Position numbers and translations under genes: made by a program | Part shown: positions 10,797-19,469 of the stretch, one piece after another | Numbering within the stretch: position 1 is the first letter of the stretch | Layout: each line of letters begins with the position of its first letter | Assembly (NCBI GenBank): GCA_027485735.1 | Contig: JAIXQM010000007.1 | Coordinates: forward strand, 36,007 to 100,006 | Reading direction: 5' to 3' | Length of the DNA: 64,000 bases | Source of the DNA: Sphingomonadales bacterium | Lineage (GTDB): Bacteria > Pseudomonadota > Alphaproteobacteria > Sphingomonadales > Sphingomonadaceae | Notes under the pieces: generated by a model | Seen by the model: the letters and a program-made list of their open reading frames with translations, nothing else | The model's database searches: none | Told to the model about the DNA's origin: nothing

Positions 10797-11519
10797 TCAG
10801 GGTGCGAAACCGGCAAAGAGTTCAAAGCGCCGGCCCGGGTGGGTGAGCTTGGCATGGCTGACCAGCGTTCCGCGGCTCCAGGTCTGGCGCAGCATGACCA
10901 GCACCGGTTCGCCGGGCGCCATGTCCAGCAGTTCCTGCACGCGCGCATCGGGCATTTCGGCGCGGATACGGTGCTCCACCCGCTCGATAGGGGCTTCGCG
11001 GGTCAGATATTCATTGGGTGTCATCACGGTGAAATCGATGCTGCCATAGCCCGGCACCACAGCCGCCAGCACATGACGCTCTTCCAGTTGCAGCGGCACG
11101 CCGGCCTCGTGGTGGACGATGATCGAACGGAAGATCGGTGTGCCGGTCTTGACGTTGAGCAGGGGCGCAGTGCGGCGATCCGCTTCCAGTGCGACGCTTT
11201 CGATGACGATGGCCTGATAGGCATGGCCGCGTCCGCGGATTTCTTCGGCGATGTTGCGGATTTCGATGATGTGGCCGATCGGCTGCGGTTCGGCGATGAA
11301 GGAGCCGACCCCGGCGCGGCGCACGACAACACCATCGGCCTGCAGTTCGCGCAGCGCCCGATTGGCCGTCATCCGCGACACGCCGAATTGCACCACCAGA
11401 TCCGCTTCCGATGGCACCCGGTCTCCGGCCCGCAGTTCACCTGACTTTATGGCGTCGAGCAGATGGGTCTTGATGGCAGCATAGAGCGGCTCGGCCGCCG
11501 CCGGATCGCCGGTGCGCAT
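10797..11519 (-). CDS. hutC: Histidine utilisation repressor, GntR/HutC family
   Basis: N-terminal wHTH (LPSEADLVVQFGVSRMTANRALRELQADG) plus a UTRA-like C-terminal domain. Start taken at MRTGDP..., behind GGGAG. Confidence 0.85.
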   Translation of the reverse strand: MRTGDPAAAEPLYAAIKTHLLDAIKSGELRAGDRVPSEADLVVQFGVSRMTANRALRELQADGVVVRRAGVGSFIAEPQPIGHIIEIRNIAEEIRGRGHAYQAIVIESVALEADRRTAPLLNVKTGTPIFRSIIVHHEAGVPLQLEERHVLAAVVPGYGSIDFTVMTPNEYLTREAPIERVEHRIRAEMPDARVQELLDMAPGEPVLVMLRQTWSRGTLVSHAKLTHPGRRFELFAGFAP

Positions 11520-11642
11520 CGCGCTCCCATTCTTCACGTGCCGCTCTCCTTGCCGCCGCGATGCCGGGTTTGGCAGGTCATGCATGCACGCGCCATCGGA
11601 AAACCTCGCCCCGGCCATCAGGTTGATCGCCGGGGCGACAGA

Positions 11643-14354
11643 TCAACGGAAGTCGTAGCGAATGGCAACATAGAAACGACGCCAGGCCAGATCATAGGTC
11701 ATGGTGTCGGTATTGCCGTCGGTATAGCTGCGCACGAACGGTGCCTTGCGATCGAAGATATTGTCAACGCCCACCGACAGGCGCGGGCCCTTGGGCATGT
11801 CATAGGCCAATTGGAGATTGTGGTAGAACACGCTCTTGACCTTGTAGCCGATCTGGGTCGGAAGCGCGTTGAAGTCCTGCGCGCCGCCGATCCACTGGGT
11901 GGACCAGGTGCCGGTAAAGCCATCCTTGCCCAGCGACAGCACGCCATAACCGCGCCATTTCGTGTAGCTGCCGTTGCCGCCACCGACCCGGCCATCGAAG
12001 ATCACCGGCGCGGCCCCGGCGAAATTGCGGATCTGATATTTGTCGAGATAGGTAACGTTCAGGTTGAGCGCCGCATCGAGGCCGCGGAGCTTGCCGGCAT
12101 AATTGGCTCCGAAATCAACCCCGCGCATGTCTTCCTGGCCAACGTTGATCAATTGCGACGACAGGAAATTCACTTCACCGGTCAACCGGTTGCGGGTGTA
12201 GTCCGAAGGCGTGCAGAACGGCTGGGCGAAATTGGCGGTATTGTAGCACAGCGACAATTTGGTGGAGCCGGGAATGGCGCGGATGCCGTTTTCGATGCTG
12301 ATGTTGAAATAGTCCACTGTCAGCGTCAGCCCCCGGGCATATTCGGGCTGATAGACCATCCCCAGCGTGAGGTTGCGTGAGGTTTCTGGGCGCAGATTGA
12401 TGTTGCCGCCGGTGTTGGTGAGAATGGAATTGCCCAGCTGCACATAGCCTGCCGGCACACCATCGGTGGCGCAATTCGCGCGCAGCGTGGCGTTGGTGCT
12501 GCTGGAATAGTTGCTGCACGGATCGGTGGTGGTGAGATTGCCCTGGCTGACGCCGCCGAACAGTTCGGGCACGCTGGGGGCCCGGAAAGCGGTGCCATAG
12601 GTGCCGCGCAGGGCAAAGCCCGCCCCCACCCGCCAATCGACACCGAACTTGTAATTCCAGTTGCTGCCGAACAGATTATAGTTGGAATAGCGCACGGCGC
12701 CATTGATGGTCAGCATTTCGATCATCGGCAGATCACGCAGCAGCGGTGCCGACAGTTCCAGATAGGCCTCGGTCGCCTTCACCGTGCCCGATATCGGTGA
12801 TTGCTGGTTGGTGTTGGCGATGCCCAGCACGGTGAGCGGGTCAGGCTGACGCGAACCACTGTCCTCACGATAAGTGGCACCGGCCGCCACCCCCAGCGGA
12901 CCACCGGGCAGTTCCAGCAGCTGGCCGGTGATGTCGGCGGTCAGGCTGATCAGTTCGTTGCTGCCCGAGTCGCGTGAGGTGAAAGTTGTATAGTCCACCA
13001 CCGCCTTGCTGACGTCGCCGGCCCCCAGATAATCGCCGCACGGAATCGCGGCGCCCGGCGTGAAACTGCAGACGCTGGTATTGAGCGAGTTGCGGACCCG
13101 TTCCAGATTGGCGACGTTGGTGAAGCCATCGATACCGGTATTCTTGCCCCAGGTGCCGGCCACTTCCCAATGCCAGTTCCTGCCAAAATCCCCCCGCAGG
13201 CCGCCGGTCAACTGGAAGGTGTCGGTTTCCTGGAAAGCTGTGCGCGCCCCGGTTTCGATCAGCCGGCGCTGCACCAGCGTGATATTCTGCCCGGTCGGGT
13301 TGGTGGGATTGGTGGCCGAGATGGCCAGGTTGCGCAGCGTCCCCGGTGTGGCAAGCTGGCTGGTTTTGCGGTGGGTGAACAGCCCTTCGGCGAACAGCTC
13401 AATTGAGTCGGTGATATCGTAATGCGCGAACAACGCGGTCGACAGGCGCTGGATCGGGTTGACGGCATTCAAGGACGGGTTGCCGTTGTAGTTATGCTTC
13501 GACGCCACATAAGGTTCGAAGAAATTGCCATTTCCGCCCGGAATCGTGTTGAAATTGATCTGCTGGCCATTGGGCAGCGTGGCGCGACCGCCCGCCGTGG
13601 AGGCGCTGTCCACACAGATCAGCGCGCCGCCCACTTCGCCCAGACCGCAGGCGGCGCGGCTGGCCATGTTGATTGGCGCCGTATCCTGGAAGGTGGCAAA
13701 GAAAGCGATGCCGCCGCGGTCGCCCTGCACGCCGATCGAGGCATCGATGGTCAGATCGCGGCCATCGCCGCGGCTGGTCAGGCCGTAACGGGCGCCGACG
13801 CCAACGCCCTCATAATTGCGCTTGGTGATCAGGTTGACGACGCCGGCCACGGCATCGGTGCCATAGATGGCTGACGCGCCGTCCTTCAGCACGTCCACCC
13901 GTTCCAGAGCGGCGACCGGGATCATGTTGAGATCGGGCGAGGTGTTGGCGCCGGTGCCGCCATTGACCAGCCGTCGACCGTTCATCAGCATCAGGGTGCG
14001 GTTGATGCCCAAGCCGCGCAGGTTGATCTGGGCTGTGCCCCAACCGCGTCCGGTCCAATAGGCCGATGTCTGGTTGCCGCCAAAGCCGGCAGCAGCCGGC
14101 AGGCGTTGCAGGATATTCTCCAGGTTGACCTGGCCGGTGTTGGCGATTTCCTGCGCGCCGATCACGGTTGCCGGGCCGGCGGCCGTCAGGTTGCCGCCGC
14201 GGATGCGGGTGCCAGTAACGACAAAGCCGGCATCCACAGTTTCATCCTCCGCCGCAGCGGTTTTCACGGCAGCCGGCGCTGTCTGTGCCTGCGCAGCAGC
14301 AGCAAGGCCCGTCAGCATGGTTGCCGACAGCAAGGTGTGGAAGAAACGGCTCAT
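11643..14354 (-). CDS. TonB-dependent receptor
   Basis: Signal peptide MSRFFHTLLSATMLTGLAAAAQA, a plug domain (NLEN...LRGLG..RTLMLMNGRR) and a C-terminal ...RFYVAIRYDF beta-barrel terminus. Confidence 0.9.
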   Translation of the reverse strand: MSRFFHTLLSATMLTGLAAAAQAQTAPAAVKTAAAEDETVDAGFVVTGTRIRGGNLTAAGPATVIGAQEIANTGQVNLENILQRLPAAAGFGGNQTSAYWTGRGWGTAQINLRGLGINRTLMLMNGRRLVNGGTGANTSPDLNMIPVAALERVDVLKDGASAIYGTDAVAGVVNLITKRNYEGVGVGARYGLTSRGDGRDLTIDASIGVQGDRGGIAFFATFQDTAPINMASRAACGLGEVGGALICVDSASTAGGRATLPNGQQINFNTIPGGNGNFFEPYVASKHNYNGNPSLNAVNPIQRLSTALFAHYDITDSIELFAEGLFTHRKTSQLATPGTLRNLAISATNPTNPTGQNITLVQRRLIETGARTAFQETDTFQLTGGLRGDFGRNWHWEVAGTWGKNTGIDGFTNVANLERVRNSLNTSVCSFTPGAAIPCGDYLGAGDVSKAVVDYTTFTSRDSGSNELISLTADITGQLLELPGGPLGVAAGATYREDSGSRQPDPLTVLGIANTNQQSPISGTVKATEAYLELSAPLLRDLPMIEMLTINGAVRYSNYNLFGSNWNYKFGVDWRVGAGFALRGTYGTAFRAPSVPELFGGVSQGNLTTTDPCSNYSSSTNATLRANCATDGVPAGYVQLGNSILTNTGGNINLRPETSRNLTLGMVYQPEYARGLTLTVDYFNISIENGIRAIPGSTKLSLCYNTANFAQPFCTPSDYTRNRLTGEVNFLSSQLINVGQEDMRGVDFGANYAGKLRGLDAALNLNVTYLDKYQIRNFAGAAPVIFDGRVGGGNGSYTKWRGYGVLSLGKDGFTGTWSTQWIGGAQDFNALPTQIGYKVKSVFYHNLQLAYDMPKGPRLSVGVDNIFDRKAPFVRSYTDGNTDTMTYDLAWRRFYVAIRYDFR

Positions 14355-14470
14355 GAAGACCCCCTGTGTGCTGCCGGTTGGCTCGTTGACCTGAACGCAA
14401 ACCTGCTGGCGCCGATGCGCCATGCCCGGAACCGTCAGCCCAACACAAAGCCTGCCGAACCCGTCCGGCT

Positions 14471-14499
14471 CTGTCAATAGTTGTATATACTATTGACAG
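14471..14499. promoter_or_regulatory. 29-bp inverted repeat CTGTCAATAGT-TGTATAT-ACTATTGACAG containing a TGTATATAC core, upstream of the TonB-dependent receptor
   Basis: The 11-bp arms are perfect reverse complements. The HutC-like core lies at 14482-14490. The site is about 120-145 bp upstream of the receptor ATG. Confidence 0.6.
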
Positions 14500-14607
14500 A
14501 TAGGGGAAGGCGGTCGAGCATTTCTGCTATTTATATCAGGATATTGGATTGTCTGAGCCTGTCCGGCATCCGTGCTGGATGCGCGCCTGGTGCCGGAATA
14601 CGCTGCG

Positions 14608-14928
14608 TCAACGCTTGGCCGCGGTTGCGCTGATGAACTCCCCGGCCTCGCTCAGCATCACGATCAGCGTCCCGCTGCCCTGGGGCTGGCGGAACGGCAC
14701 GGCCCAGGTGGTGGCGGTGCCGGTGGCCCGCGCTTCGGGCTTGCCCGGCACGGCGGTGCGCCAGCGGGCGTCCAGCTTTGACATGGCGATCTGTACCAGC
14801 ACGGCATCCTGCGCCTTTTCGGCAATCGAACGGTTGGCTGACGGAGCCGCATCATGATCGGGATGGGCAAGCGCCGGGGCGGACAGAGCGAGCAGGGCAG
14901 CGGCCAAAGCGGCGTGGGCGAACGACAT
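14608..14928 (-). CDS. Small periplasmic protein (106 aa), unknown function
   Basis: Signal peptide MSFAHAALAAALLALSAPALA followed by HPDHD. Located downstream of HupE/UreJ on the same strand. Confidence 0.55.
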   Translation of the reverse strand: MSFAHAALAAALLALSAPALAHPDHDAAPSANRSIAEKAQDAVLVQIAMSKLDARWRTAVPGKPEARATGTATTWAVPFRQPQGSGTLIVMLSEAGEFISATAAKR

Positions 14929-14962
14929 GGCGTGTTCCTTTCCTTGGGTTTGGGGACGTCGA

Positions 14963-15652
14963 TCAGGCGACGAAATAGCCGGTCATCTGCAAGCCGAAGA
15001 AGACAAATCCAGCCGTCATCAGCATCACATTGGCGGCAAAGGCGTTGGCCTTGAAGCTGCCGCTGCGCCGCCAATAACCCATGGCAATCAGGATGGCGGT
15101 GAGCGCCAGCAACTGCCCGAATTCAACGCCGACGTTGAACGCCAGCAGATTGGGCACCAATCCATCGGGCGACATGGCGAAATCCTGCACCTTGGTGGCC
15201 AGCCCGAGGCCATGGAACAGGCCGAAAATCAGCACGGCCACTTTGCTATTGGGCTGCACCCCGAACCAGCTTCGCCAGGCATCAAGATTATCGAGTGCCT
15301 TGTAGACGATGGACAAACCGATGATCGCATCGACCAGATAGGCACTCACGCTGACGCCGGTGAGCACACCGGTGATCAGCGTGAGCGAATGACCGATGGC
15401 AAACAGCGTCACATAAGCGGCAACATGTTTCAGCCGATACAGGAAGAAGATCACGCCGAACAGGAACAGCAGATGATCATAGCCGGTGACCATGTGCTTG
15501 GCGCCAAGGTAAATGAACGGACCAATCTGAACGCCGGTGGATTCCTCGATGAAGGCCTGATCGCCGCGTGCGACCGTATGCGCGAACACCGGGGAACACA
15601 TCAGGGCCATGCCAATGACCGTCAGCCTGGAGGTCAACAGCTTCAGGTTCAT
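14963..15652 (-). CDS. HupE/UreJ family membrane protein (putative Ni/Co transporter)
   Basis: The product MNLKLLTSRLTVIGMALMCSPVFAH... contains HMVTGYDHLLFLFGV. Start at 15652 behind GAAGGAAGG. The track ORF is N-terminally over-extended. Confidence 0.75.
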   Translation of the reverse strand: MNLKLLTSRLTVIGMALMCSPVFAHTVARGDQAFIEESTGVQIGPFIYLGAKHMVTGYDHLLFLFGVIFFLYRLKHVAAYVTLFAIGHSLTLITGVLTGVSVSAYLVDAIIGLSIVYKALDNLDAWRSWFGVQPNSKVAVLIFGLFHGLGLATKVQDFAMSPDGLVPNLLAFNVGVEFGQLLALTAILIAMGYWRRSGSFKANAFAANVMLMTAGFVFFGLQMTGYFVA

Positions 15653-15897
15653 GGGGAATTTCCTTCCTTCGCCGGGGCGCAAGCCACCAGAAAACCGCAA
15701 CAACGTCGCGAACTGGCAGTGATGGCCCGCCGCCTGCATCAGTCGTAAAAGTTCATCTGGAGACTTTGCAAGCGGGAATATCAGGCGCTGCACGGGCCCG
15801 CGGGCGCTGCTTGACGCGCAAACCTGAGCGCCATCGGGGCGATAGTTCTGCTTGCCGACCTTGCACAGACATTGGAAGAATCCGCCGGCATGATGTG

Positions 15898-16479
15898 ATG
15901 ATTGCCCGAGCGCCCGAGATGCAGGAGATGAAGTCCGTTCAGCGTGAAGGGAGGCGGGGATTGCAGATTGTTACGCTGGCGAGCGTTGTTGCGCAGCCCT
16001 GGGCCAACCAGGGGGGCAGCACATGCGAACTCTGGTTGGAACGGGACGCGGGCGGTGCCATCCGCCTGCGGATCAGTGTCGCCATGCTCACCCGGCCGGC
16101 TCCATTCTCGGTGCTGCCCGGCCTATCACGCAGCTTCATGCCGCTGGACGATATCGATGCCGAACTGGCGATCGACGGCGTGCGCGTACGGCCAGGCCAA
16201 CATGATCCCGTGCGGTTCAACGGTGATGCCGTCACCAGCCTGGTCGGGCTCAGTCGGCCTGGCAGGGCGCTCAACCTGATGAGCGATGCGCGCTGCGCCC
16301 GCCACACCCTGTTTGTGCAATCGACGGGGACAGCCGAATGCCATGCCGTGCTCGCACTGGTTGATTGGCAAGGCTCTCTGCCCCTTCGGGCCGGCGACCT
16401 TGTGCTGTCGCTGGGGGCAAGTGTTGTGCTTGGCGGCAAGTCGGCCATAATCCATTTGGAGCACGGCGATGCTGTTTGA
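15898..16479 (+). CDS. hutD: HutD/Ves family protein
   Basis: About 190 aa with QPWANQGGSTCELW, resembling the HutD W-x-N-G-x-G-x-T-x-E motif. The exact start is uncertain. Confidence 0.6.
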   Translation: MIARAPEMQEMKSVQREGRRGLQIVTLASVVAQPWANQGGSTCELWLERDAGGAIRLRISVAMLTRPAPFSVLPGLSRSFMPLDDIDAELAIDGVRVRPGQHDPVRFNGDAVTSLVGLSRPGRALNLMSDARCARHTLFVQSTGTAECHAVLALVDWQGSLPLRAGDLVLSLGASVVLGGKSAIIHLEHGDAV

Positions 16480-16548
16480 CAACTGGCATCCCGCTCCGGT
16501 GCGCGTTGACCGCCCGAGGATCGGGGCTGGGGAAGGCACCATCCTTGA

Positions 16549-16716
16549 ACAGCGTCGCTCGGCAGCATTGCGGTGCCGACCGCGCTGCTGCTGATGTTCG
16601 GCCTGCTGGCGCGGCTGTTGCGGCGCGGCATTCCCTTGTCGAACTCGGCCGGCGTCGGCTTCATCGCGCTGTCCGGCATGACCTGGGCCGCGCCGCGCAT
16701 CGGACTGCGGCTGTGA
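16549..16716 (+). pseudogene. Truncated remnant of a second DUF3147-like gene (C-terminal ~50 codons only)
   Basis: The in-frame stretch ...VPTALLLMFGLLARLLRRGIPLSNSAGVGFIALSGMTWAAPRIGLRL* is bounded upstream by a stop at 16546-16548. It is homologous to the C-terminus of the 152-502 product. The last 14 codons are almost identical at nucleotide level. Confidence 0.45.
16672..16714 (+). repeat. Right copy of the 43-bp direct repeat
   Basis: See 458-500; 42 of 43 positions are identical. Confidence 0.9.
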
Positions 16717-16731
16717 TCTGCCGCGAACGGC

Positions 16732-17730
16732 TCAACTTTTCTTTGCAGTGCAGGGCAATTGCAGTTCCAGCGTCGCACCGTCCCGCCATATGAGCCTGCC
16801 GCTGGCACGCGCGATGATCGAACTGGCAATCGCCAGCCCCAGCCCCGATCCGTTGGACCGTTCGCCCTTGGCAAAACGTTCCTGCATGCGGCCCCGGTCC
16901 GGCTCGGCCACGCCCGGGCCTTCATCGGCGACGGTGATGGTCAGGCCTTGTTCGTTGACGCGATGGACGATGGTGACCACGCCAAGTCCATGGTGCAGGG
17001 CATTGCTCACAAGGTTGCGCAGCGCTTCGTCAAGGTCGGGCGCCATCACCTCTGCCGCAACCTCGGCCTCGACCACGATGGACCGGCCCAGCCGGTCGGC
17101 GAGGGGCAGAAATTCTGCCGCGACCGCGCGGCACAGGCGGGCGGCGTCAATCAAGGGGCCATTGGTCAAGGCAGGGCGGGCCGCATCGAGCCGGGCCAAT
17201 GCCAGCAACTGGCTGATCGCCCGCTGCATCCTGTCGAGATCGGCAGACAGGCCGGCAACGTCCATCGCGCCGCCCTCTCGCGTCTGGTCCAGGCGCAGCC
17301 TGGCAGTGGCCAGCGGTGTGCGGAGGGCGTGGGCGGCATCAGCGGCCAGTCGGCGTTCATTCAGATAGGCTGCTGCAAGCCGGTCAAGCGCCTGATTTGT
17401 CGCCAGCACAAACGGCTGGATCTCTTGCGGCAGCCCGCCTGGATCAAGCCGCATATCCGGCTGATCCGGCCCGATGTGCTGCAATTGCTGAACCGCGTCC
17501 GACAGCGGGCGCAGGCTCCAGCCCGCCACCAAGACGCCCGCCCACGGCGCGATCACGGCAAACGGCAGCAGCACCAGCAGCAGTTCGGCATATTCGACAT
17601 GGGCGGGATCGAGTGTGTGGCCGGATTCGATCTCCTTGAGCTCGAGTGCGACAAAAGCCAGCGTGACGATAGCCGCCGCCAGGATGATGGCCCCAATCGA
17701 CAGGCCGATCCGGCGGCGCAGCGAGCTCAT
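16732..17730 (-). CDS. Sensor histidine kinase
   Basis: Two TM segments, an H-box AADAAHALRTPLA, and N/G boxes (NLVSNALHHG, DEGPG..., SGLGLAI). Confidence 0.85.
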   Translation of the reverse strand: MSSLRRRIGLSIGAIILAAAIVTLAFVALELKEIESGHTLDPAHVEYAELLLVLLPFAVIAPWAGVLVAGWSLRPLSDAVQQLQHIGPDQPDMRLDPGGLPQEIQPFVLATNQALDRLAAAYLNERRLAADAAHALRTPLATARLRLDQTREGGAMDVAGLSADLDRMQRAISQLLALARLDAARPALTNGPLIDAARLCRAVAAEFLPLADRLGRSIVVEAEVAAEVMAPDLDEALRNLVSNALHHGLGVVTIVHRVNEQGLTITVADEGPGVAEPDRGRMQERFAKGERSNGSGLGLAIASSIIARASGRLIWRDGATLELQLPCTAKKS

Positions 17731-18398
17731 GACCGCGGCGCTGGCAGCGCCAGTCGCCAGCCGATGCCGCGGCGATTTTCGATCAGATAACCGCCGGGTG
17801 CCAGCCGCCGGCGCAGGCGGGAAACGATGGCTTCCAGGGCATTGGGGCTGAACGCTTCATCCAGCGTGTAGAGCCGATCCTGCACCACATCGCGGATCAC
17901 GACTGCGGGCGCCGCCTCCATCAGCAACCGCAGCAGCGCAAATTCCCGGCGGCCAAGATCGAGCGGCGCCGGCCCGAGCCAGGCTTGCTGGGCACTGGTG
18001 TCCAGCCGCAGGGTGCCGTGCATGAGAACGGGCGGTTGCCGCTGGCCGGGGCGCCGCAGCAGGGCGCGCAACCGGGCAGAAACCTCGTCGAGATCATAGG
18101 GTTTGACGAGGTAATCATCGGCGCCGGCATCCAGCCCGGCGATGCGATCTTCCAGTTCGCCATAGGCCGTTGCCACCAGCGCCGGCACGCCATGCCGCGC
18201 CAGGATCGGCAGCAGGGCCAGGCCTTCGCCATCGGGCAGGCGGCGATCGACAATGGCAGCATCAAATCGCGCCACCCCCAGACAATCATGGGCTGCCGCC
18301 AGCGTGGCAACTGCATCGACAGCAAAGCCCCGCCGCCGCAAGCCATTGGCCGCCAGCACGCGCAGGTCCGTCTCGTCCTCAACCAGCAGGATATGCAT
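17727..18398 (-). CDS. OmpR-family response regulator
   Basis: MHILLVEDE...D...receiver domain plus a winged-helix C-terminus (...IENRRGIGWRL). ATGA overlap with the kinase gene. Confidence 0.85.
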   Translation of the reverse strand: MHILLVEDETDLRVLAANGLRRRGFAVDAVATLAAAHDCLGVARFDAAIVDRRLPDGEGLALLPILARHGVPALVATAYGELEDRIAGLDAGADDYLVKPYDLDEVSARLRALLRRPGQRQPPVLMHGTLRLDTSAQQAWLGPAPLDLGRREFALLRLLMEAAPAVVIRDVVQDRLYTLDEAFSPNALEAIVSRLRRRLAPGGYLIENRRGIGWRLALPAPRS

Positions 18399-18476
18399 CG
18401 CGGCCCTGATAACAGGCGGCGCCGGCGACGCCCAGAGCGTCAGGGTCGGGTCAGTCTTCCCTGCTAGGACAGGCGC

Positions 18477-19469
18477 ATGGCACTTCACACCTCGTTCTCG
18501 CATTTCGTGCTGCTCGGCACACTCGGTTTGTCAGCGTGCAGCCCGGCGCCGGCCGCCAAGCCGCAGCCGCCTGCCAAGGTCGAGGCAGCCGGGCATGAAA
18601 CCGAACTGATGCAGCTGACATTGACGCCAGACGCGGTGCAGCGCCTCGGCCTGGCAACGCAGGCCGTGCGCACCGCAGCCAGCGCGACCCTGTCGCGAAC
18701 GGTGCCAGGCGAGATTGTGGCAGCCCCGCGCGTCGGCGGTTTGCCGGTGGCTGCCGGAAGCGATCTGGTGGCACTGGCCGGGCAGCAGGCCCGCGCCGAT
18801 GCCGATGTGCTGCGCAGCATGGCCGATCTGAAGCTGGCGCAGGCCAATCTCAACCGCGCCACCAGCCTGGTGGCAGCCGAAGCCGGCAGCATCCGCGCCC
18901 GCGATGAAGCCACCCAGCAGGTTGCCGCGGCCCGAGCGGCGCTGGCCGCGGCGACCGGTCAGCGGCAGGCACTGGGCCAGGCCGTGGCCGGCTTGGGCGA
19001 TGGCGGCACCCTATGGGTGCGCGCACAGGTACCGGGCGCCGATCTGGGGCGGATCAACCGTGCTACCGCCGTGCAGATCCGGCCGGTTGGCAGCAATATC
19101 AGCATCATGGCAAGACCGGTGCGCGGGCCGGCGACGGCCACGCCGGGCGCTGCCAGCGTCGATCTCTATTTTGCGCCGGCCGGCCGGGCCGGCCTGCGTC
19201 TGGGAGAGCGCGTGCTGGTCGAACTGGCCGAGGCGGGCAGTGGCAGGGCTGCAGCGCTGGATGTGCCAGCCGCTGCGATCCTCACCGATATCAACGGCGG
19301 CGAGTGGGTCTATGTCGAAACCGCGCCGCGCCGCTATGAACGGCGGCGGGTGGAAGTGGCCCGCATCACGGCAGGCCGGGCCCTGCTGGCCAGGGGGCTG
19401 ACAGGCCGTGAACGGGTGGTGACCGCCGGCGCTGCCGAACTGTTCGGCACCGAATTCGGCACCAAGTGA
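18477..19469 (+). CDS. Efflux RND periplasmic adaptor (CzcB/CusB-like lipoprotein)
   Basis: Lipobox LGLSAC, coiled-coil hairpin region, and overlap with the downstream RND pump gene. Confidence 0.75.
   Translation: MALHTSFSHFVLLGTLGLSACSPAPAAKPQPPAKVEAAGHETELMQLTLTPDAVQRLGLATQAVRTAASATLSRTVPGEIVAAPRVGGLPVAAGSDLVALAGQQARADADVLRSMADLKLAQANLNRATSLVAAEAGSIRARDEATQQVAAARAALAAATGQRQALGQAVAGLGDGGTLWVRAQVPGADLGRINRATAVQIRPVGSNISIMARPVRGPATATPGAASVDLYFAPAGRAGLRLGERVLVELAEAGSGRAAALDVPAAAILTDINGGEWVYVETAPRRYERRRVEVARITAGRALLARGLTGRERVVTAGAAELFGTEFGTK

Noticed and set aside
15653-15897. Possible cobalamin or NiCo riboswitch in the 245-nt leader region upstream of HupE/UreJ.
   Set aside because: Reading the minus-strand sequence, I found no B12-box-like element (GCCACTG core) and no recognisable conserved riboswitch helices. 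A covariance-model scan (Rfam/Infernal) would be needed to exclude one.
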